Shown one piece after another: positions 33,957 through 41,521 of a DNA stretch of 41,521 bases. Below the pieces are notes generated by a model. The model was given only the letters and a program-made list of their open reading frames with translations, was not told where the DNA came from and made no database searches. Source of the stretch: an archaeon (GTDB lineage Archaea > B1Sed10-29 > JAJRYS01). Within the stretch, counting starts at the first letter, position 1; each line of letters opens with the position of its first letter. A program made the translations under genes and the position numbers. The stretch covers positions 1-41,521 of the forward strand of contig JAJRYS010000019.1 in assembly GCA_024275665.1 (NCBI GenBank), written 5' to 3'.

Positions 33957-36197
33957 TCACTCTTGATACTTGCCCGTAATCACTTTCCTTATTTCTTCTG
34001 CTCTCTTCTCACCAATGCCCTCTACTTCTTCAAGTTCTTCAACAGTAGCATTGAACACTTTTTCAACACTGCCGAAATGCTTTAACAAGTTCTTAGCCAT
34101 GACAGGCCCTATTCCAGGCAAGCTTTCTACTATGAATTGTTGTTGTTCTTTCAAACTCATCGCGTGCTTCTCACCACGAAGCCTTACTTCTCTCTTCTCG
34201 CCGAACTGCTCTCTCCACGCAAGGAATTCTATGAAATCAGCAGAGTCTTTAACGCCTCTTGTCTGAATTACTGGAATTCCGAAATCAACTGTTATGGCAG
34301 CAAGAGCTCCTCTCAATGCCTTGTCACTCACGTTCCTAATTCCAAAAATCTCCCCTTCTATTAATAGTAAGGGTTTTTCAAAATTAGATTTCAGTTCTCT
34401 TAACTGCGAGAAAAGCCTGCCGTCTATTATGGACTGGACAAAGTCATTTGCTTCTTTCCTCTCCACTGCCAGCCTATCAGAGACTAAAAAATCTCCCACT
34501 GGGAGTTGTTTTGCCTTCAGTATTACTTTTCTGTTCAACAGTTCTCTTATGATGCCAGAAGCTGTTTCACGCGTGTCAGCGAATATCACTGGCTTTTCCT
34601 CTTCAAGATCTCCTATGAACTCTTCGAGTTTTTTCTGAGACTTGACTTCTTCACTGCTCATTCCTGAAAGCAATGACTTCATCTTCTTCTCCTTAGAAAC
34701 AGAAGACCAGTAATACGCTTCGTCCTGGGTTCCTTCTGTTATTAGCACTATTACTTTTCCCTCTTTGTGCCTGCCAGCACGCCCTCTTCTTTGAATGCTT
34801 CTGATCTCTGAAGGCACTGGCTCGTAAAAGACCACAGTATCAACTGCTGGAATGTCCAAACCTTCTTCTCCTATGGAAGTAGCTATGAGCACTTGGAATT
34901 CTTTGTCCCTGAACTTTTTTATTATCTCTGCTTGTTCCTTTTGACTCATGCCCTTCTCTCCTTTCCTGCTTGACTGCCCTATGAAACGCTTGCAAGCCAC
35001 TCCAGCATCCAAAAGCATTGCTTCTAACTGCTTAGCAGTGTCACGGTAATGAGAAAACAATATAACACTATTTCCAATGCTTGTTTCTTCTTTTACTATT
35101 TCCACTGCTTTCATCATCTTAGGATGAACTGCTCCTTGCTGTACTAGTTTCTCAGAAATCACGAAAGCCTTTTGAACTCTTTCGTCTTGTATCATTCTCT
35201 TGGAAGACTTTGACTTCTCCCTCCACAACTTTGACAAGTACTCTAACAACTGCTTTGGTCCTTGAGTTTCAAGAAGTTCAATCGCATGCTGTGCTTTAAT
35301 AACCTGGGATAACACGCTTATGAGCTGGAAGTCCTCGTAGTTCTTCTTTGACTGTTTCAAAAGCACTGACTGAGTCCTAAGCAGTTCTCTCTTAGAAGGA
35401 TTCCTAATCACTAACCCGTTCTCCCTGAGGATTGTCATCCTGTCTTTTAAAAACGCTTTAAGCAAAGACTGCACTGCTGCGAATTCTTCAGGAAGCCTCA
35501 CCCTCACCCATTGCGTTTTCTTCTTCTGCACATAAGGAGCAACGTCTTCGTCCTGTTCTGTTATTATCTCAACGTTTTCAATGAACAAGTTGTCACACAC
35601 TTCCTGAACCTTCTCTCTTGAAGAACCAGGAGAAGCAGTAAGAGCAAGAATCAACGCATCCTTCCTTTTTTTCTTGTACTGCTCTGCTATGAACACGTAA
35701 GAATACCCCCTCACAGCCCTGTGAGCCTCGTCAAAAATCACCAAAACCACTTTTTCCAAGCAAGCATTCCCATTCAAAATATCTGACTCAACGCACTGAG
35801 GAGTAGCAGTAAGAATCCTCTTCTCCCATAACTCTCTTCTCTTCTTAGCAACAGTTTCTCCAGTTAGCAACGCGAAATCATCTGCTGGGATTTTCATGAC
35901 TTTCTTAAGAGTGTTCAAATGCTGTAAGGCAAGAGGCCTTGTAGGAGCAAGAAACAACACCTTCCCGTCAGGGTTTTTCTCAAGCACGTGTGCAATGATC
36001 AAAGCAGCTATTATAGTCTTACCAATAGCAGTAGGAGCTGCTATGAGAGTGTTCCCTTTCTTGAAAAAACTATCAGCAAGCCTTTCCTGATACTTTCTAT
36101 CTTCAACCATCTCTTTTCTTATTAAAGGATGGCTTACGAATCCCATGGCTTGTTTTTTCTCATTCAAGCGTTTTAATGCTTTAGGATTCAAAAACAA
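33957..36197 (-). CDS. hef: Hef helicase-nuclease (FANCM/XPF family: DEAH helicase plus ERCC4 nuclease plus HhH2)
   Basis: Walker [24 protein letters not shown]4 motif [19 protein letters not shown] and tandem Hh[14 protein letters not shown]...[12 protein letters not shown]. Confidence 0.9.
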   Translation of the reverse strand: MFLNPKALKRLNEKKQAMGFVSHPLIRKEMVEDRKYQERLADSFFKKGNTLIAAPTAIGKTIIAALIIAHVLEKNPDGKVLFLAPTRPLALQHLNTLKKVMKIPADDFALLTGETVAKKRRELWEKRILTATPQCVESDILNGNACLEKVVLVIFDEAHRAVRGYSYVFIAEQYKKKRKDALILALTASPGSSREKVQEVCDNLFIENVEIITEQDEDVAPYVQKKKTQWVRVRLPEEFAAVQSLLKAFLKDRMTILRENGLVIRNPSKRELLRTQSVLLKQSKKNYEDFQLISVLSQVIKAQHAIELLETQGPKQLLEYLSKLWREKSKSSKRMIQDERVQKAFVISEKLVQQGAVHPKMMKAVEIVKEETSIGNSVILFSHYRDTAKQLEAMLLDAGVACKRFIGQSSRKGEKGMSQKEQAEIIKKFRDKEFQVLIATSIGEEGLDIPAVDTVVFYEPVPSEIRSIQRRGRAGRHKEGKVIVLITEGTQDEAYYWSSVSKEKKMKSLLSGMSSEEVKSQKKLEEFIGDLEEEKPVIFADTRETASGIIRELLNRKVILKAKQLPVGDFLVSDRLAVERKEANDFVQSIIDGRLFSQLRELKSNFEKPLLLIEGEIFGIRNVSDKALRGALAAITVDFGIPVIQTRGVKDSADFIEFLAWREQFGEKREVRLRGEKHAMSLKEQQQFIVESLPGIGPVMAKNLLKHFGSVEKVFNATVEELEEVEGIGEKRAEEIRKVITGKYQE

Positions 36198-36368
36198 GCT
36201 CTCTCCTGGCTTTGTTTTAAAAATAAAGCATTTGTGAAACTTTTTTACAGGAAAGACTTTTATACAAGTCAGTGCATAAGATTAGAAAGCCGATTTCTGA
36301 CGCATTCTGGGAAATCTGTCAAGTTAATCAATAGAATCTGTAAAAAAGACCGTGCGGAGGTGTTATTA

Positions 36369-36575
36369 ATGACAGATTTGCCCATAGCACCTGTTGATCG
36401 TCTTATTAGGAAAGCAGGAGCTCCAAGAGTATCAGAACAAGCAGCAGAATACATGGCAGAAGTACTCGAAGAATACACTTTGAAAATCGCTGAAAGAGCA
36501 AGGAAACTCGCAGCCCATGCTGGGAGGAAGACGGTAATAGCAGAAGACATTAAACTCGCGTTACAAGCAGCGTGA
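36369..36575 (+). CDS. archaeal histone (HMf family), 68 aa
   Basis: [64 protein letters not shown] 36369 is preceded by GGAGGTG. The ORF-track extension to 36234 is non-histone junk. Confidence 0.9.
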   Translation: MTDLPIAPVDRLIRKAGAPRVSEQAAEYMAEVLEEYTLKIAERARKLAAHAGRKTVIAEDIKLALQAA

Positions 36576-36596
36576 ACTGCTGACGCACCTTTCTTA

Positions 36597-36604
36597 TTTT
36601 TAAA
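36597..36604 (+). promoter_or_regulatory. TATA-like box (TTTTTAAA) for the 36630 gene, leaderless geometry
   Basis: TTTTTAAAC lies 33 nt before ATG 36630, with no SD in between. Confidence 0.4.
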
Positions 36605-36629
36605 CTCCTTTACTCATAATAAGAAGAGT

Positions 36630-37802
36630 ATGAAAGCAGATGAATTACTTAAGAGAGAACAAGGCAGGGCAGAAAGAGAGCCTATAAGAAGCCTTCTTGC
36701 TTCGGAAAAAAGTAGTTTAACTGGTTCTATTGAAAAGATCGTAAAAGGAAAAGAAGAAGCAACAAAACTAATAATCAACTACTATGCCGACCTTGCTATT
36801 CCAAAACTGGAATTTCTTAAAAAGCAAGAATTCTTCATAGATCCAGAAAAAGTAGAAGAGTTTGAAAAAGAAATTCAAGAAATGAAAAAAAAGCCCCCTA
36901 CTGCTAGGAATGCGGCAGAACTAATAGCCTTGAACAAAGAACTCGAAGAAAGAACAAGTCTTTTATTCGGAGATGTAAGAAGGTCCAAAAACCCTGAAGA
37001 AATAAAAAAATACTTGGAAGAATGGGAAAAAGCAGCTGAAGAAGTAAGAAGAGCCACGTTAGAAGCTAATAAGAGAATAAGCAAGCTGCCGAACGAACAG
37101 CAAGGAATAGCAAGAGGATTTATTCCAAAAACAAGAAGTGCTGAAAAAGAACTGAAAGAAGAAAGAAAAGACATTGAAGAAAAATTGAAAAAAGCAAGAA
37201 GAGAAAGAGCAAGGGAAGAAAGAAAAAAGAGAACAACAACTCAGTCGGTACAAAAAAGAAAACCAGAAGCAATCCCAGCAAGCGAAATGGCACGCATTGT
37301 AAGAGCAATAGAATCAACGCCGAAAGTTGAGAAGTATTTAAGTGAAGTAATGTTAGCAGAGAGAAAAAAAGCAGAAGAACAAGTTAAGAAAGAAATGGGA
37401 GAACTTCCCTCAGAGCATGACTTGATAAAACAAGCAATGAGAAACAAAGAATTCAGGAAAAGCATGTCAGCAGAAGCAAGGAAAAGAGGGTACGGAAGCG
37501 TTGAAAAATATGTCAAAGCAATAATAAACGGCAAAGAGACCAAAGTTCCAAGAGTAGCAAGACCATTGATAGAACAATTATCCATTGTGAAAAACGAAGA
37601 AGGAAGAGTAAAAGAAATCCTTGCAAAAGACGAAGCATACCAGGCAGCGAAAAAAGCACTTGAGTCTCATGAGAAAGCATTGAAACAAGCAGAAGCAGGA
37701 AGGCTGCAGGCCTTGTTAAAAAGAACGAAGGAAGTAAAGTTTTCCGAAAGTCAGAAAACAAGGATAAGAGGGTTGTTGCGCCGTGGCAGGAGGAAACGCT
37801 GA
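36630..37802 (+). CDS. hypothetical highly charged coiled-coil protein
   Basis: 390-aa ORF, extremely K/E/R-rich, with no recognisable domain. Confidence 0.5.
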   Translation: MKADELLKREQGRAEREPIRSLLASEKSSLTGSIEKIVKGKEEATKLIINYYADLAIPKLEFLKKQEFFIDPEKVEEFEKEIQEMKKKPPTARNAAELIALNKELEERTSLLFGDVRRSKNPEEIKKYLEEWEKAAEEVRRATLEANKRISKLPNEQQGIARGFIPKTRSAEKELKEERKDIEEKLKKARRERAREERKKRTTTQSVQKRKPEAIPASEMARIVRAIESTPKVEKYLSEVMLAERKKAEEQVKKEMGELPSEHDLIKQAMRNKEFRKSMSAEARKRGYGSVEKYVKAIINGKETKVPRVARPLIEQLSIVKNEEGRVKEILAKDEAYQAAKKALESHEKALKQAEAGRLQALLKRTKEVKFSESQKTRIRGLLRRGRRKR

Positions 37803-37955
37803 CTGTTTGAAATGCAAGCATGCTTCAAAAATAAAATATGCTAGCAACGGATTAGTTAGCACTAAAATTAAATCATTGTACTGCAAAGCAAGAGATCAGA
37901 CAATGTACAAGTTCAAAGACTTCTACTACCACTTCTTTGAAAAGAGATGAAAAAC

Positions 37956-40745
37956 TTATTCTAACAGGATTGCTGGTTTTCCAGGCACTGCGTTCAACGC
38001 TTTCTCATGCCCTGACTCTCCCGCATTCATTACCACTACTTCTGCGTTGAATGTCTTCTCAAAGTAATCTTTTGCTTCTTCCAATGCTTTTAGCTCTCCA
38101 TCAAAAGACAATGGTTTTCTCAGCTCGTGGTATTTCTTTGAAACAAACTGCAAGAACTTAGCAGCTGCTTTGTGTTCTTTGAACTCCTCCATCAAGCTCA
38201 TTACTTGCTTAGGAGAGCCAAGCTCAAGAGCTTTTACTAACGCTTTTCTCTTCCACTCAGGAGCAACGAACAAAGTGATCTTCGAAGGCTTTACTCTTGT
38301 TATTTTCATAATATTGTTAATTCCTTCCTCTACTCTCTTTACTATTTCTTCCCTCTCCAACGCCTCCTCGTTAACAGCTTCAGGAGTTGGTATTTCAGAA
38401 GCGCTTATCAAGCCATCGTGACCAGTGCGTTGCCATAACTCTTCGCAAACGAAAGGCGTGAAAGGAGCCATTGTTTTTAACAAGACTTCGATGACTCTTT
38501 CAGCTGTCTTCCTGCTGTTTCCTCCTCTCTTTTCATAATACTGCAAGTCTTTCAGCAAGTCGAAGAACACAGAATTAATAGCTTTCCTGAAGTCATACTC
38601 GTTCATGAACTCGTGGTATTCTCTCAAGTGCTTGTCCAAACGAGCATTCATCCACTCGTCAATCCCAAAATCCACTCCATTAAAAGAAGAAAGTTTTTCA
38701 ACAGTACTAACCAGATTCTCCACGTGCTTCTTGTAATCAGTCACTATTCCTTCTCTCCATTCAATGTCAACAAAAGGAGAAGCAACGTGAGCGTAGTAAA
38801 AGCGAAGAGCATCAACAGAGTACTTGGCAGCTGCTTCCTGCGGAGAAGCGCTCGCTCCTCCTTTTGATTTTGAAATCTTCCCTCCCTTTCCAGTAACAAA
38901 CCAGTTCACGAAGATTCCCTTAGGCCAGTGCTCTGGCTTCAGGATTGCAACGTGGTTCATTACGTATACTGGGAAGTGCACTGTCTTATGCTCTTTGCCA
39001 CCAAGGTTAATGTCAACAGGATACCAGTACTCGAACTCCTTCTTAACCTCTTCCCACACTGGCTTTTCAGCACTGCCCTTGCCGAGGAACACGTAGTCGA
39101 AGAACTCGTCAGTCAATTCATCAAGCTGCAGTTTGCCAGTGTTCACGAACCTTGACACTACATAAAAAGCAGGATACAACGTTGAATCAGAAATAGGTTC
39201 AATAGTCCACCTCTCGTCAAAAGGAAGCTTAGTGCCAAGCCAGTTTCCGAGACGAGCGCAGGCCCTGTCCTGGAACCAGTCAAGCACTCCTGGCATGTTC
39301 TTGTAATACTCTTCTGGCAAAATGTTCATAATCCTAGCATGCTTTTTTGACTCTTCAGTCCATTCCTTGTCAGAGTATTTGATGAACCACTGGTCTGGGG
39401 TTTTCTTCAACAACACGCGCGCACCACAACGGCATATTACTTCTTCTGACAAGTCATACATAACGTCTGCTTTTCCCTCTTGAATAAGTTTTTGTTTCAC
39501 CATTTCTTTTGCTTGTTCCACTTTCATTCCAGCATACTCACCGCAGTTCTCATTCATTACTCCAGTATGGAATCCTGCCTTGTAAATGACCTTAGTAGCT
39601 TCCTCGAGTTTCGGGTCGTTCTGGTCTCTTATTCCCATCTCCTCGCATATTTTCTTCGCAGGAGTTTCCCCCCACTCCTTTGACCTTATTATTGGGATAA
39701 TCTCCAGTGCTTCGACTTCTTCACGCAACCCGTACCTGTCAAGCAGTTCTTTGTTCTTCTTCAAATCCATTAACGCCTGGTAATCGTAAGGAGCGTCAGA
39801 AGGCACAGAAGTAACAATCCCAGTGCCAAAGTCAGGGTCCACGAACTCTGAAGGAAGCACTATTATTTTCCTCTCTGCTCCAGGAGCAATTACCTTCAAG
39901 CCTATTAGTTCTTCTCCTTTCACTCTTTCCCCAGTGTCCTCCACATCCTCTCTTTGGAGTTTTAGTTTTTCAACGCATTCCTTGGAGCAAACCCATACTT
40001 CGTTTCCCACTCTTGCCTTCACGTATTCAACGTCAGGACGAACCCACAAGTTAGTCTGCCCGAACACTGTCTCAGGCCTTAGAGTAGCAGCTACTAAGTA
40101 GTAACCTTTTCCAGTGTCAAACTTCAGCACAGTGAATTCTTGTTTCTCAGCATTGCCTCCCTTGGAAATGTCAGTCTCACTAGGGTCAATGGCCACTGGC
40201 CCGCAGTTAGGACAGAAAGGAGCAACATAAGGTTTCTTCACAAGCAACCCCTTGTCCTTCAGTTTCCTGAACTGCCATTGAATGAACTTGTTATAATCAG
40301 GGAACACAGTGCAAGCAAGCGAATCCCAGTCAGCAAGAAAACCGAACAACTCCCAGTACTCCTTGTACTTGTTCATGAAATAACGAACAACGAAGTCAAC
40401 TTCTTTCATCTTCTCTATTTCCTCGTCAGAAGCGCCGTTAGCCTTCAAGTAATTAATCCACTTCTCATCTCCTTGGTTTACTTTCTTGGCAAAACCAATA
40501 GCCTGGTTGCCTGACGCATGCACTCCTACTGGGAAGAACACGTTAAAGCCAGTCATCCTCTTGTAACGAGCAATCATGTCAGCATAAGAATAACCACGCA
40601 TGTGGCCAACATGCAGGAAACCAGAAACTCCTGGATAAGCAAAATGAATGAAAAACTTAGGCTTTCCTTCCACTGCTTTACTCTTCCACAATCCAGACTC
40701 CAGCCACTTCTTCCTCCACTTTTCCTCCACTGCTTGAAAATCCAT
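37956..40745 (-). CDS. leuS: leucyl-tRNA synthetase (archaeal type)
   Basis: HIGH-type HVGHMRGY, KISKSKGG (KMSKS) and a CP1 editing insertion. ATG 40745 lies 2 nt after the upstream stop. TTG 40751 is an alternative start. Confidence 0.9.
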   Translation of the reverse strand: MDFQAVEEKWRKKWLESGLWKSKAVEGKPKFFIHFAYPGVSGFLHVGHMRGYSYADMIARYKRMTGFNVFFPVGVHASGNQAIGFAKKVNQGDEKWINYLKANGASDEEIEKMKEVDFVVRYFMNKYKEYWELFGFLADWDSLACTVFPDYNKFIQWQFRKLKDKGLLVKKPYVAPFCPNCGPVAIDPSETDISKGGNAEKQEFTVLKFDTGKGYYLVAATLRPETVFGQTNLWVRPDVEYVKARVGNEVWVCSKECVEKLKLQREDVEDTGERVKGEELIGLKVIAPGAERKIIVLPSEFVDPDFGTGIVTSVPSDAPYDYQALMDLKKNKELLDRYGLREEVEALEIIPIIRSKEWGETPAKKICEEMGIRDQNDPKLEEATKVIYKAGFHTGVMNENCGEYAGMKVEQAKEMVKQKLIQEGKADVMYDLSEEVICRCGARVLLKKTPDQWFIKYSDKEWTEESKKHARIMNILPEEYYKNMPGVLDWFQDRACARLGNWLGTKLPFDERWTIEPISDSTLYPAFYVVSRFVNTGKLQLDELTDEFFDYVFLGKGSAEKPVWEEVKKEFEYWYPVDINLGGKEHKTVHFPVYVMNHVAILKPEHWPKGIFVNWFVTGKGGKISKSKGGASASPQEAAAKYSVDALRFYYAHVASPFVDIEWREGIVTDYKKHVENLVSTVEKLSSFNGVDFGIDEWMNARLDKHLREYHEFMNEYDFRKAINSVFFDLLKDLQYYEKRGGNSRKTAERVIEVLLKTMAPFTPFVCEELWQRTGHDGLISASEIPTPEAVNEEALEREEIVKRVEEGINNIMKITRVKPSKITLFVAPEWKRKALVKALELGSPKQVMSLMEEFKEHKAAAKFLQFVSKKYHELRKPLSFDGELKALEEAKDYFEKTFNAEVVVMNAGESGHEKALNAVPGKPAILLE

Positions 40746-40747
40746 GA

Positions 40748-41224
40748 TCAAAAACCCCTTTCAACCAACACAAACACGTCTTCCTCCTGCCTGCCTATTA
40801 CTCCTTTCCTTATTATTCTTCCTTTCAGTCTTTTAAGAGTTGCGGAAAAATGCTTAGGCACGCTTACCAAAACGAACCTTGCCTTGAACCTGTCCAAGTA
40901 GTCCTCTGGCAATAAGTGGTAAGAGTCAAAACACACTAACAAGTCAAACTCCTCGCCAGTCCTGAAGTCATTAGTCAAATGATACTCCACGAACTTCTTA
41001 CGCGGCTCCACCATGTCCTCATCAACATCCACTCCTACTACTCTTTCCAAGACAAAACCGTTGTCAAGCAAGAACTTTTCAAACCACGCCCTGCCAACAC
41101 CGACGTCAAGCACTCTCAGCACTCTCGGCAATACCTCTAGCAAGACAGGAAGCAAGTCCTCGTACTTCTCCAACTGCTTCTCCTTCCACGATCCGTAAAC
41201 CCTGGAAGAAAACACCGAAACCAT
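40748..41224 (-). CDS. class I SAM-dependent methyltransferase (small)
   Basis: Motif I VLDVGVGRAWF and an acidic residue after beta-2 (GVDVDEDM). ATG 41224 lies about 28 nt from the centre of the shared TATA box at 41248-41255 (see the next feature). The ORF-track TTG 41245 would lie almost on the TATA box. Confidence 0.65.
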   Translation of the reverse strand: MVSVFSSRVYGSWKEKQLEKYEDLLPVLLEVLPRVLRVLDVGVGRAWFEKFLLDNGFVLERVVGVDVDEDMVEPRKKFVEYHLTNDFRTGEEFDLLVCFDSYHLLPEDYLDRFKARFVLVSVPKHFSATLKRLKGRIIRKGVIGRQEEDVFVLVERGF

Positions 41225-41247
41225 GATACAAGAACACGAAAGCAACG

Positions 41248-41255
41248 TTTTTAAA
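41248..41255. promoter_or_regulatory. shared TATA box (TTTTTAAA) for two divergent leaderless genes
   Basis: ATG 41224 (minus strand) and ATG 41279 (plus strand) are each about 28 nt from the centre of the box. Confidence 0.45.
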
Positions 41256-41278
41256 CCCTGAGTTTCTAATTTTCACTA

Positions 41279-41521
41279 ATGAAACACTATCACTTGCTTG
41301 CATTAATACTCGCACTCACGCTGATCACCATTACTACTGCCACTGCTGCTTCTTACTACACCACGGTTGAACGCGGGCAGAACAAGATGTTCGTGAAAGC
41401 AGAAGAATATTCTTCAATTGAAATAATGGATAGACTAAACAATCCTAATCTTTACCCTGATTTTTGGTACAAAACAATTGTTATTAAGATAAAAGAAGAA
41501 AACAATTGCAATGTTTCAAAA
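41279..41521 (+). CDS. 5' part of a hypothetical secreted or membrane-anchored protein (runs off the window)
   Basis: MKHYHLLALILALTLITITTATAASYY signal/anchor. The frame stays open to the window end. Confidence 0.45.
   Translation, partial: MKHYHLLALILALTLITITTATAASYYTTVERGQNKMFVKAEEYSSIEIMDRLNNPNLYPDFWYKTIVIKIKEENNCNVSK

Overview
This is a compact, moderately AT-rich archaeal chromosome segment, gene-dense with many overlapping stop/start junctions. It consists almost entirely of core information-processing genes.

**Recognised protein genes**
- Cell division and replication: FtsZ, MCM, topoisomerase VI B and A, Hef, and an archaeal histone.
- Translation: IleRS, AlaRS, LeuRS, aIF2-beta, aIF1A, and ribosomal proteins L21e and S8e.
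- Ribosome biogenesis and RNA modification: KsgA/Dim1, a RIO kinase, a KH/Dim2-like protein, and Cgi121.
- Other: Rpo4/F, MBF1, Hsp20, an M50 site-2 protease, and a presenilin-like GxGD protease.

**Likely lineage**
- The recognised genes are interspersed with many short, highly charged (K/E-rich) or Cys-rich hypothetical proteins.
- That mix, the gene content and the non-canonical tRNA intron suggest a small-genome (DPANN-like) archaeon. This is an inference only.

**What is absent**
- I found no rRNA, CRISPR array, transposase, integrase or recognisable defence island.
- The window reads as core genome, not an accessory region.

**Most unusual locus: a G+C-rich non-coding RNA cluster at about 4.9-5.66 kb**
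- It starts with a compact SRP (7S) RNA.
- An unassigned hairpin-dense element of about 220 nt follows.
- It ends with a tRNA-Thr(CGU) interrupted by two introns. One is a 47-nt D-loop intron. The other is a 104-nt canonical 37/38 intron. Both have readable bulge-helix-bulge (BHB) motifs.

**Other points worth a second look**
- One polypeptide joins a RaSEA-type radical-SAM domain to the archaeosine-synthase (ArcS) signature domain.
- A tightly coupled string of tiny acidic ORFs lies antisense in an otherwise empty 400-nt gap.
- There is an orphan Cas4-like nuclease.
- A conserved unknown protein has a coupled 54-aa upstream ORF.
- An AT-rich islet carries two small winged-helix proteins.
- A recurrent leaderless-promoter geometry places a TATA box 31-34 nt before the ATG.

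All calls come from reading the sequence and the ORF translations. No database search was run.
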